This document shows positions 12,204 to 23,896 of a stretch of 64,000 nt of DNA, in pieces. Source of the stretch: Felis catus. Taxonomy: Eukaryota. The position numbers were made by a program, and so were the translations under genes. Position 1 is the first letter of the stretch. Every line of letters starts with the position of its first letter. The notes under the pieces were generated by a model that was not told the origin of the DNA, ran no database searches, and worked only from the letters and a program-made list of their open reading frames with translations. The stretch is from positions 108,440,001 through 108,504,000 of the forward strand of contig NC_058368.1 of the NCBI RefSeq assembly GCF_018350175.1, in the 5' to 3' direction.

Positions 12204-13553
12204 CACATTGCTTTTCTTTTTAAAGTCATTTAAAAAATATCTGGAAACCTACTATGTACCAAGTATTGCATACTAGGCACTGGAACATAAAGATATCTTA
12301 TTTTCAAGGAGCTTACAGACCAGCCAGAGAGACAAACATGCAAGTAATCATAACAAAGTAATTACTGTGGTGGAGGAAGGTGTCAAATATCCTGGGAACA
12401 CTGAGGAGTGGAAAAGTGAGCAAACTGAATTTGCCAAGCCATCGGATGGCTTTCCACTAAGGAAATGGCAAGCTAGTACGTATGGCTACCATTTATTGAA
12501 TGTTGATCACAGGCACGTTGCTAAATACTTTACACATATTATCTCATTTAGTCCACACAAAAACCCCAAAATGATATTCAGTCTTAAAAAAGTTAGGTAA
12601 CTTGACCAGGGTCACTCAAAGTCTCAGTGCTGGAACCCACACTTGACATAAGGCTTGTCCAAATCCAAAATTCCAGGGCTATAAATACTGCACCATACTT
12701 TCCCCTCTTGTGTAAAGCAAAGAGACAGGAGAATGTGACACAATGAACAATGCTTCTCACTGCTATCTATATATCACAACTACTTAAGAAGCTCTCTGTA
12801 AGTACTAATGCTTAACACTCCATTCCACAAGGTTCTAATTCAAGAAAAAAAGGGTGGGCATACGCATTCAAAAAAAATTACCTAAATTGAGAAATATACA
12901 TAGCCTAAGTTGAGAAGTACAGTGTTAAGATATTTGTAAGTAGTTAAAAGGCCTATGTTTGGGGTGGGGGATGATAAGGCTAGAGTGCCAGGTAAAAGAT
13001 CATGGAGGACTTTATCTGTTTATACATATCACAAATGGTACTTGCTGCCTTCACTTTCTTGGGACTTATTTCCAGGATCCTTATTCATCAATCCAGTGAA
13101 ATCAGTGATAGACAAAATCCAAAGAATTTATCAGTCCTCACTTTTCTTGAACTCTCTACAGTATCTGACATTACTGATAAGGCTTTGATTTCTGTCTGTT
13201 TAACGCCCTCCTGTAGCAGCACTCTTCTGTTCTCCTCCTACCTCTTTAACAACTTCTTTTCACTCTTACGCAGTTTTCTTTTCCTTGTCCCATCCCTTTA
13301 ACAGGAGAGCACCCAAAGGGGCTGTCCTACTCTCATTCTGCTTTTCATCCTGGTCATTCCTACCAATCTTATGACTTCACCTATAATCAACATGCTGTAG
13401 ACTCTCATATCAACTCAGATCCACAGCCTGGTTTGATCTTAAGCTCAAAATTCTTAATGAGCATCCCTATTCTGCATCCCTTGCACAGAGTCTCAAACCC
13501 CTTCCAAAATTGAATCTCCTCCTACCCTAATTCTTCCCCTTAATGATGCACTC

Positions 13554-13768
13554 TTTTTTAAAACTTTTTTAAAATGTTTACTTATTTTTGAGACAGAAAG
13601 AGCGTGAGCAGGGGAGGGGCAGAGAGAGAGGGAGACACAGAATCCGAAGCAGGCTCCAGGCTGTGAGCTGTGACCACAGAGCTCAACGTGGGACTTGAAT
13701 TCACAAGTGTGAGATCATGACCTGAGCCAAAGTCGGACACACACCTGACTGAGCCACCCAAGTGCCCC
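13554..13768 (-). mobile_element. CAN-SINE
   Basis: Reverse head; TSD-like ATGCACTCTT. Confidence 0.9.
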
Positions 13769-15589
13769 AATAATGCACTCTTAAACATGCAGTTACCCAA
13801 ATCAAGAATCTAGAAATGATCTAAACTTCTGCTTTGCTCTTGCACCCAGCCAAAACCTGTTCCCAACAAGAAGACAGGAAGGTTTTGCCAGACTTAACCT
13901 GGTTCTATTAGAAAGGCTTGAGAGGAACCTAAGGGCAGGGTGTATTTTGGCCTTCAAATGCAACTTCTGGGGCTGAGAAACACCTGTCTCAAAAGTAGGT
14001 CTGAACAGTGTGAGGCAGACAATTCAAAAGGGTAGCCAAAAGATGAGTTAAGATACAAAGGAGAGACAGGTGTAGATCAAAGAAATCACCAAGAGAGGAG
14101 GTACAAAGTTCAGTCCAGAGATAAAACACAAAAATACAAGGTAGCTTCATAGTCCTCTTGGTTGCTGGAAAACAGGCAGAACAAATTTATGGTAAAAGAT
14201 GTGACAACAGTGCTTTCCTCTTGGAAAGGGCATTGATTGGAAGGGGCAAAGGGGCAGTTTCTGAAGTGGTGGTAATATTCTATACTTTGATTTCAGTGAT
14301 ACCTAAATATATATGTAAAAATTAAGCTGGCAATATACTTACAGTATATGGACTTTACTGTACATGTATTATAGTCAATTTCAAACTTAAAAAAAAAAAA
14401 AGCCAGTTAACGCTTTGGGCCAATTCTACCTCCTCACTATCTCATTATCCCATATGCTACTACCTTATCTCACACTTGAATTACTTCATTTGTTTCCTAT
14501 AACCAGGACCCGAGCTCCTGGTTTCCCTGTTATCCTGGTAAAATCACTGAAGGTCTCATCTTTCATTCAGAAAAGTAGGCTGTTTTGGACAAAATGTTGC
14601 ATGTTCACCCTACCTATAACCCTTCCTGCCTTTGTTATAGCACCGTACTTCCTCCCCAATACATCTTCTACAATGCCCAGAGTAATCTTTGTAAAGCTTA
14701 TCTTCAGGCTCTAAACCCTCCAATGTTTCTCCTTTATTCATAAAATCAAGTTCAAATCCCTAAAATGATCCAACCCAGCCAGTATATCCAGCTTCAACAT
14801 TTAACATCCAGCACCATGTACCACACCCCACAACCAATATGTGATGTTTTGCAACCTTTATTCATTATCATATCCTTTCCAAAGCACATTTTTAGGCATT
14901 TTTCCTAAACGCTGCCCCCACTCCAAATCAAATATTAAGGAATGAAATTCTGTCAGGGAGAACTTAGTTTTAGAAGGCTACAAGCCACAGTAAGATTTTT
15001 TTCACTACGCCCCTAAGAAATAATTTTCGTCCCTTTGGGGATGATATCACCCCAATGAGGAATGCATGCTAACAGAGAGGGTTCTTATTCTACCCATATA
15101 CTTTGCCTTTGCTGTTGTTCCTCTCTGCCTGATAAGACCTCCCTTCTGGATATCATACAGACAGCTATTCACAGTGTTTAAGATTCAATTAACTGCTCCT
15201 CAAAGCTTTTCCTCTCCCACTTGCAATCCAAAGTATCCTATCCATACCTTTGTCACTAATAACCTTAACATTTTACTGATGTTTTCATGACTGTCTCTTA
15301 AGTCATTGAAAAACAGGGACTATATCCAATTTCTTTCTACAACCTTGGCTTTTAGTATTGTGTCTGACATATTTATTAAAGGAAAGGATAAATTAGTTAT
15401 TACCTAGTTGATATAACCACACAACTCAGCTTATCTCAGACAGTCCCTCTTTAACCTGTTATTGACATAAACATTAATAATGCCTCAAAATAATGTGGAT
15501 AACTTATATTGCTAATTTACCTAAGCATGGTAATTCTAAGCAAGACTGAAACATGATTAGATGTAAGTATTAAAAAGAATATCGTACAG

Positions 15590-15790
15590 TCACCTGGGTG
15601 GCTCAGTCAGTTGAGCATCCTACTATTGATTTCAACCTAGGTCATGGTCTCGTGGGTCGTGGGATCGAGCTTCAATGGTGACAGAGCAGACAGAGCCTGC
15701 TTGGGATTCTCTTTCCCTCTCCCTCTGCCCCTCCCCTGCTCATGGATATGCTCTCTCTAAAAATAAACACTTAAAAAAAAAAAAAAAGAA
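15590..15790 (+). mobile_element. CAN-SINE (diverged)
   Basis: cacctgggtggctcag head, poly(A). Confidence 0.85.
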
Positions 15791-17765
15791 CACTATAGCA
15801 GTGATATAATAAAAAAAATGACTCAAAATACTCAGAGGTAAAATTAAATGAGGGCCTGAACTAGGGTAACAGAGCAGGGGAAAAGAAGGTAGATATTCAG
15901 GACATAAGATTAACAAGGTTTAAAGGCCAGTTGGATACAGAGAAGATTAGCAGGGGGAATCAAGAGTGAAAATATGAATTTCTAGACTGAGCAAATGGAG
16001 CAGTCACCAACAGAATATTAAAAAGGAATGATGAGTTTTCAATTTAGGACTAGTGACTGAAGAACCTGGAGGACAATTTAGTAGTTAGATATATGGATCC
16101 AAAGCACATAAAAGGTGGTTAAGATGGACCAGGTATCAGCACATAAATATTAACTAAAGCCAAGCTGCTGAATGGCTTCCCAGGAGGTACAAAATCAGCA
16201 GTTCTAATTGACAGAAACTATTATCTATTTAACATGAAGACCACACAAAATTCTAAATTTTGTTTTAACACATTTATCCATTATTTAGTACATGCAAAGC
16301 ATGATATTAAACACTAACAAAAAGAAACCCTAAGAGAGTTAAGGAACTACCTCTGAGGTAAAATGAAAGGTTACAGACAAAGAATGATGCTGGATACAGA
16401 CTGAGCTGAGGAAAAGCCAAATTCAAGGCTTTAATTTTGACTGTAGTATCTTTAACTTTGGTGTAAAGACTCAAAATGAGTACCTTAACAGCTTTCATTG
16501 ATTTAGAGCACTAAGCTTTGCAGAGTACTTAAGTCTAAAATTTACCATTAAAAAAAAAAAAAATCTCTGTGATGTGGAAATCAGAGAACTAGCTAAGGAA
16601 AGACAATGTGCTGTGAAACTGGAACTACAAAGTAGGAGAAATAGCCAGAAAAGTAAAAACTGTTAGAACGCATTCTAAGTGGTATACTTTTAAAACACAT
16701 TTCCACATTCAATGTCTGGGTCACTAAGATTAAGATGATAGTTTCATGTAAGGACAACAGATGATGGTTCAAAATAAAGGGAATACTAGTTCTGTCCCAG
16801 AAACACACAGTAGACTTCTTTACTCATTAACTACACAATGCAAACAACTGACTACAAGATTATAAGGCAGTCATTCTTATCTATTTGTGTATTTTTTCAT
16901 AACGCTTTGCACCCACTAGGGATTCACAAAAATAACTTGTATGAATTTTATACCCTTCTATTATACACTTCATTGGTTTGGCTTTTCTTTTCCTGCACTG
17001 TTTGCTGCCACTCATCCTCTTTTGCTGGTTTCTGCTCTTCTCCCCTGATCTCGTAGTACTCAAGTGTGCCACGGGACTGTCTTCGGTCCTCTTTTATTCT
17101 CTGTGTACACTCACAGCCTTGGTAATTTCATCTAGTCTCATGACTTTAATTAATATCTGAAGCTAATGACTATAAAATTTCTATCTGCAGCCCAGCCCTC
17201 TCTAGAGAAAAACAAATTTGTATATGCAACTCCTTACTCAACATTTCTAATAGACATTTCAAACTTGAAATGTTCAAAACTAAATTCCTGATCTTCCCTC
17301 CCTAAACCTACTCCTGCAGCTTCTCCCCACCCCACCTTGATGGTAACTCCAACACTCCACTTTTCAGGCTGAAGACCTTGAAATCTTGTTCGATTCTACT
17401 TTTCCTCAAAGCACAAAGCTAATTCATTAGCAAATCCTACTGGCTAAACCTTCAGAGTTATTTCCATAATTGATTACTTCTTATCACCTGTATTACTATC
17501 ACTTAGTCTGAGTTACAATCAGCTCTTCCTGACTTTAACATGATAGTTTCTCATTGATGTGCCTGCTTCTTTGTACCCTTGCTCTCATATAGTCTATTCT
17601 CAACACAGCAAGCAACCCGCGGACGGGTGCTCTTTAAAAAATTAGGTAGGATAATATCACTGCTTTGGAATCCTCCGGAAGCCCCCTCTATCACACAAAA
17701 TAGAAGTTAAGATATTTCCAATGATTTACAAAGTCCTTAATGATATACTCCCTCCTACACCACAA

Positions 17766-17978
17766 TTTTTTTTCATGTTTATTTATTATTGAGAGACAGA
17801 GAGAGACAGAGCGTGAGCAGCATAGGGACAGATAGAGAGGAAGACACAGAATCTGAAGCAGGCTCCAGGCTCTGAGCTGTCAGCACAGAGCCCAACGCAG
17901 GACTTGAACTCACAAGGTGTGAAATCATGATGTGAGCCAAAGTTGGATGCCCAACCGACTGAGCCACCCAGGTGCCCC
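17766..17978 (-). mobile_element. CAN-SINE
   Basis: Reverse head; TSD-like CCTACACCA. Confidence 0.9.
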
Positions 17979-18689
17979 TACACCAACTGCCTCCATGACT
18001 TCATCTCTTAGAATTCTCACCCTTGTTAACTCTCCTCCAGTTACTAAGAGCTCCTTGCTGTTCCCTGAATGCACCAGACATACTCTCCTCTTGGGAGCGC
18101 AATCAGTATCCCTTCTACTTAGAAAGCTCTTTCCTCATGTATCTCCAGAGCTAATTCCATCACATGTATGGAGCCTTAAATGAAAATTCGTCTTCTCAAA
18201 AATTGTAACACTGACATCTTATTTAAACTGCAACTCAGCCCTTGCCCCTTGCTTCCAACCCCTTCAATCTTTTTTAAATTAGCAATTACCACAGAATAAA
18301 ATTTTAAGAATCCATTAAAAGAATAAAGATTTCCTGAGAAGAGAAACGAATCTGTGAGAATTTCAAGTTACCACAAATAAATCTCACTTGGATTCAGGTT
18401 TACCACTTCTGTACTCAATTTTGTACTGCAAACAAATTCTATACTCACTCAAAAGCAATGCCAATGAATCAAGCAAGTTTTGCTGCTAGATATCTGGACT
18501 CTAGACTGTATTGCCAGCAGTTGGTCAGCATTCCCTTAAAGCAATGCTGCTGCTGTTCCAGTAAAACAAGATAAAGTACTTAATGGGGCACACATTGCTC
18601 AACAAAATTTTGTGAATAGTTCAGAAAATTTCCTAAGACTCAAAAATGGGCCATTTCAAACTAGTAAATTCTGCTATTAAAGAGAAGTA

Positions 18690-19400
18690 GAGACACCTGG
18701 GTGGCTCAGTTGGTTCAGCGTCTGACTTCGGCTCAGGTCATGATCTCATGGTTCGTGAGTCTGAACCTTGCATAGGGCTCTCTGCTGTCAGTACATTGCC
18801 TGCTTAGGATCCTCTGTCCTCCCCCCGCCCCTCCCCCACTTTCTCTCTCTCTCTCAAAATAAATAAAAACTTAAGAAAAAAAGGGAAGTGTGATATTCCC
18901 AGTAAGTGTGAATTTATCATAAATTGTATTTAGAAGCAGAGCAGGGGAGGGTGGGGAGGCCTGGGTGGCTCAGTAGGTTGGGTGTCCGACTTCGGCTCAG
19001 ATCATGATCTTACGGTTGGTGGGTTCGAGCCCTGCATTGGGCTCTGTGCTGACAGCTCAGAGCCTGGAGCCTGCTTGGGATTCTGTGTCTCTCTCTCTCT
19101 GCCCCTCCCCCACTCACGCTCTGTCTCCGTCTCTCAAAAATACATAAATGTGAAAACATTAAAAAAAAAAAAAAGCAGAGGGGTGCAGAGGGATGCCTAG
19201 GTGGTTCAGTCAGTTAAGTGTCAGACTCCTGATTTCAGCTCAGGTCATGATCTTGTAGTGAGTTGGAGCCTCATGCTGTCAGCACAGAGACTGCTTGGAA
19301 TTTTCTCTCTCCCTCTTTCCCTCCGCCCCTTCCCCACTTGTGCTTTCCTGCTCTCAAAATAAATTAATTAAATTAAAAAATAAATAAATACAAATAGCAA
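18690..19400 (+). mobile_element. Cluster of three same-orientation CAN-SINEs (18690-18880, 18953-19174, 19190-19400)
   Basis: Three heads, each with a CT tract and A-rich tail. Confidence 0.88.
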
Positions 19401-20615
19401 AAATAAAGGAAGAAAGAATTTTTAAAAAATTTTAAAAGAAAAAAAGTAAAACCTACATTATGCATTGGAAGCCTTATGTAATAGTTTCTAATTATATAAA
19501 AACTATAGCAAATTCACCTGTGAAGGTGAACACTTTCAATTAGCTCACAACGACTTCAAGAATCATCACAGGGAAACTAAAACACATGGGATTACAAATG
19601 TAGGTCTCAAAACGAGAACTCTGGAAAGTGGCAGAATATGCCTTGTTTCCATTCAAAGATCAGGACCCTCCCCCAAAACAAAGTTTGACTTACCACAACT
19701 ACAGTTACGGCTTGATTAATGCCATGTCCCAAAAGGTCAGCCCAAAGTTACTGAAACCCACTATGCAAAGCACTATAAATCTGATAAAACCTACAAAGTG
19801 ACTTAGTAAGAATCAAAGCAATTAATTTCATTTATTGCAACTATATACAAGACAATCCACCGATCTGGTCACGCTGTTGCCAGTTTTTGCTTTTTGCTTT
19901 AGGAAACATACCATTTATTACAGAAACTTCTCCAAAGCAAGGAAAACCTCCCCCCCCCCCAAAATTTAAGCACTCTATAAGGCTGTGCAAAATTAAAAGG
20001 TTTCAGATACCAGTCTGAAAATCAGCCTTCAGGTCTGATGATGAAAATCATTTAAGCGTATGCCACTGATGCTAAACCAATATACCAAATTCTGGATCCA
20101 AGCACAAAATACTGTAAAATTTCCCGCTGACAGTTTGAGAAAGTACCACAAGAAGAGATCTTTAAATATGCATCATCCACTCCCAGAATTCATCATCTGA
20201 CTGGATGCAGTTTTAAAGTGCTTTTGAAAACTTTCTTTTCTAGGCAATAAGTTACTTCTTAGCAACATGACTATTCACTTATAATGTCTACTTCGTTTTT
20301 CAAAGTCTATCTACCTAAGGGTACTCTCCCTCCAAGACGCACATTTTGCCCTGACAAAATACAACTTTGTAATGGTGTCTTCTTATCGAAAACACCAGGA
20401 AGTCACCGGCAAAGACGGGTGTACGAGGAACGCGGCATCGCGAGCAAGAAAGGCGGTCATCACCTCGGCGAGAAGGGCCTGGGTGAGGGCGGGGGGACGC
20501 AGAGAACAGATACACTGGCAGCAGGTGCGAGGATCTGGCAAGGGGACAGTCGCCGCAGGTTTCGGACCGACAAGGGGATGTTGTCCATTGGACAACTAGA
20601 GTCCGCCAACCTTAC

Positions 20616-20684
20616 CTCGGGGGTCCGCTCGGGAGGCTTCTTCTTCAGCGCCTGCCTAGCGCCGGGGTCCACGGGCGAGTTCAT
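20616..20684 (-). CDS. RAPGEF6: RAPGEF6 coding exon 1 (start codon)
   Basis: GCGGCC-ATG, then MNSPVDPGARQALKKKPPERTPE and a GAG|GTAAGG donor. Phase 0 matches exon 2. Lies in the CpG island. Confidence 0.95.
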
Positions 20685-20720
20685 GGCCGCTGCCCCGGCC
20701 CCCGTGCTCCCCGCCTGGCC

Positions 20721-20744
20721 TTAGCAGCCCACGAGACAGCACAT
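20721..20744 (-). other. Upstream ORF in the RAPGEF6 5'UTR (MCCLVGC*)
   Basis: ATG TGC TGT CTC GTG GGC TGC TAA, starting 60 nt upstream of the main ATG and in frame with it. Assumes the TSS lies above 20744. Confidence 0.6.
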
Positions 20745-22773
20745 TCACCTTAGGTAGGGGGTCTACACCTTCCAACCCCGAGGTAGAGAACTCCGGACGG
20801 CCCCGGGGTCAGCGCTCAAGCAAACAAGCCTTCGCAACGCCCGCCCAGGGCCTCAGCCCACGCGCGACTGGCCAGAGGGAAGCCCACACGGGGGCGGAAG
20901 GGGGGATATTGAGCATGCGCAAGACGGGCGAGCACGCAAACGGGCGCCCAAGGGCGTGTCTCCGGGGTGACGTAAAAACTGGGGTGGTGCATTAGGACTC
21001 TTCCGGCTCTTCGTGAGATTTGAAGAAGCGTCGCGAGATCTCACCTAAACCGGCCACAGGATCCGCCTCGGATTTGCGGTTTCGGCCGTTTCAACTTCCG
21101 GCTCAGGGGCCGGAAATGCGTTATGACGGACTAAAGAGAAGTTTCCTGTTGGGGCAGAACGGTGGGGTAAGCGTTCTAGGTAGGGGGTTCAGGTTGTGCC
21201 CAAATCCGGAAGCTCAGGGCGTGGCCAGGCCCAGGCCAAACTTCAGTTCTGCAACTCCGACGCCCCTCCCTCGGACAAAGTGCAGACTTCGCTGCTACCG
21301 TTCAGCGAGCAAGGAAGTTCATTCCCTCTCTTCTTTACATTTGTTGAAATAAAACGAATCTCCTGTGGAAGGAACCCTCCAGGAAGTACTTGCTTGCCCT
21401 GTCTTTTACGGACGTACTGAGATCGGGACAGAGAAATCAAAAGCCTCGCGGCCTTGAGCCTCAGAGATTGGCAGGCGCTGATGGCGCGGCCCGCTCAAAG
21501 TTAATGTAGGTTCGAGAAGTCGAGTCTGTACTGTATTCACATAACGAGTGCCCAGGGCAGCCCTCCCTCAACTCAGCTTTTTCCTTAGGCGGGTAGGGTT
21601 TAGGGTCGTCAGGACTTGAAGTCCCCAATTTCGCACTACATTTTACATGCTAGCCTGTTCCCCAACAGTGCGAATACAACCCATTTCCATTTACAAACTA
21701 CTGGTCTCTTGGTAAGAAAAACAGACCAAACTTCATAATAGCCAGGCACCCGCAGGTGATGTTTTCACTGTGAGACGACTGATACAATTCCAGAATCCAT
21801 CGTTCCAGGACAGTATTTTTCATGGCTGTCTTTAGCGCACAGATGGGCCGCACTGGTCTCAAAATGCGTCACTTTGTAGCCATCATAGGCATAATCCTTT
21901 TTACTGAATTTGAAGCCTTTTGAGGTCTATACCACATCTACGTACATCGTATTTCTCACAGCAATTAGCACAGTTCATTAAGTAACTCGAAGTGATTTAG
22001 GATTATGTTATTCACTCTTTTAATGACGTAGTAAGAATTAAAATTATATTTTAGAACAACAGAAAGTAAAGAATTCAGGCTGCAACATTTACCTTATCTG
22101 GGACCTGGTAATGATGGCTGTTAATAATAGTTTTGTTTTCCGTTGGTCGTTGGGCTTGCCCAAACTTGAAGTTTACAACATAATATTAGCACATTTCTTT
22201 TTTGGGTATAGGTCAAAAACCTTACCAGGGAAGTTGTGGCTCAGCCATTCTGGAGATAAATTGTGGAGAGATCACAAGGAATTGCAATGACCCTTTTTCG
22301 ACATTTTTTGTGCGTATAAACAACCTCTGAAAGTCTGCCTAGGATCATAAAGGTTTAGCCCTTCCTTTCTTCAAGGATCAGTTTTTAGGGCCACTTAAGT
22401 ATTTTGAAAGAAGGTAGAGGAATTAAAGCATGATGACCATGAGCTTGGACTTTAGGGACAAACACTGAATGTGTCGCTTTAATAGGCCATTTCTATTTGA
22501 ATCACTTGGTGAAGTTACTTAGTATCTCTGAACTTCAGTTCCCTTATCTGTAAAATGAGAATAGTAAAGGACCCCATTGCTTTGGGATTCTCAAGATTAT
22601 ATGAGATAACTCATGTGAAGTACTTAGGATGTTGCCTGCATAATACAAGCACTTTGTTATTCCTATTACTTCACCTCTGAAAAGTGATTTCTCTAAAGCA
22701 GAAATTCGAGTTTGAAGAACTGGAAAGTTTTTTTTTAATGCCTAATTTTTTTTTCTTTAATAATTTTCAAACA

Positions 22774-22990
22774 GGGGCACCTGGGTGGCTCAGTTGGTTA
22801 AGCGTCCAACTTCGGCTCAGGTCATGGTCTCGCAGTTCGTGAGTTCAAGCCCTATGTGGGGCTCTATGCTGATAGCTCAGGGCCTGGAGCCTGCTGTGGA
22901 TTCTCTGTCTCCCTTCTCTCTCTACCCCTTCCCCACTCGCACTCTATATCCGTCTCTTAAAAGTAAACATTAAACATTAAAAAAAAAATA
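22774..22990 (+). mobile_element. CAN-SINE
   Basis: Head, CT tract, poly(A). Confidence 0.9.
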
Positions 22991-23004
22991 ACTTTCAGAA
23001 ACAC

Positions 23005-23610
23005 TGAGGTATTGATGAAGATGTGGAACAAGAAGAACTCTCACAAACTGCAGATTAAGTGTTAACTGGAAAACTGCTTTGGCAAAAAAATTATGTAGTA
23101 AAGCTGAAACATACCCTTTGACAATCCTTGATGTATGTCCTGAAGAATACCCATGTACACCAGAAAAGATGAACAAAAATGTTCATTGTGCATATTAGCC
23201 AAAAACTAAAAAATAACACGTCCATCAATAAGAGAATGGGTTTTTATGGTATATGCATTCAGTAGCATATCGACTGCATAATACATGGATGAATCACCAG
23301 CAGAGTGTTGAGAGGAAAAAAAGCAAACCACAAAATATCAAGTATAATTATATGCTTGTTCAAACATAAGCAAAATTAAATTATATCACATAGGGATGCA
23401 AAGACAGATAAAATTATAAAGAAAAAGGGAGATGATGTTCACAAAAGTCAGGTTGGTAGTTAGAAAAATAAGAAAGAGGATTATATCAGGACAGGGCACG
23501 TGGAGGAAGGGGCTTCTAGGTTACTAAAAATGATTTACTTCTTGACCTAAGTGATGGTTACATTAGTGTATATTCATTTTTCTGTATATAATATTTCATG
23601 AAAAAATGAA
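23005..23610 (+). mobile_element. Old L1M 3' fragment
   Basis: Recalled L1 3' phrases (gatgtggaacaa...gaactc, aatgttcattg, atggatgaatc). Confidence 0.55.
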
Positions 23611-23709
23611 TATACAAAAATAACTTACTTTTAGGCTTTACTGTAAGACAACAGTGAAAACAATACATTAATGTTCATGGTAGCTATACAAATCGAAATT
23701 AAAGCACAT

Positions 23710-23896
23710 TTTTTTTAAGTTTATTTGAGAGACAGAGTGTGTGTGCCTGTGCACAAATGGGGGTGGGGGGCAGAGAGAGATGGACAGGGAGGGAATCCTA
23801 AGCAGGCTCCTTCCTGTCAGCACAGAGCCCAAAAACCATAAGATCATGACCTGAGCTGAGTCAGATGCATAACGGACTGAACCACCCAGGCACCCC
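23710..23896 (-). mobile_element. CAN-SINE (diverged)
   Basis: Reverse head cacccaggcacccc. Confidence 0.85.

Larger units (their letters stand above)
20380..21500. promoter_or_regulatory. CpG-island promoter of RAPGEF6
   Basis: Only CpG-rich stretch in the window. GC box/ETS GGGGCGGAAG 20891-20900; NRF1-like TGAGCATGCGCA 20910-20921; CRE-like TGACGTAA 20968-20975; TCGCGAGA 21031-21038; ETS cores at 21000, 21094, 21110 and 21206. Confidence 0.88.

Noticed and set aside
20284..21420. Plus-strand ORFs of 146, 110 and 74-75 aa around the promoter
   Set aside because: Stop-poor, GC-rich CpG-island sequence, partly antisense to RAPGEF6 exon 1, with no recognisable protein.
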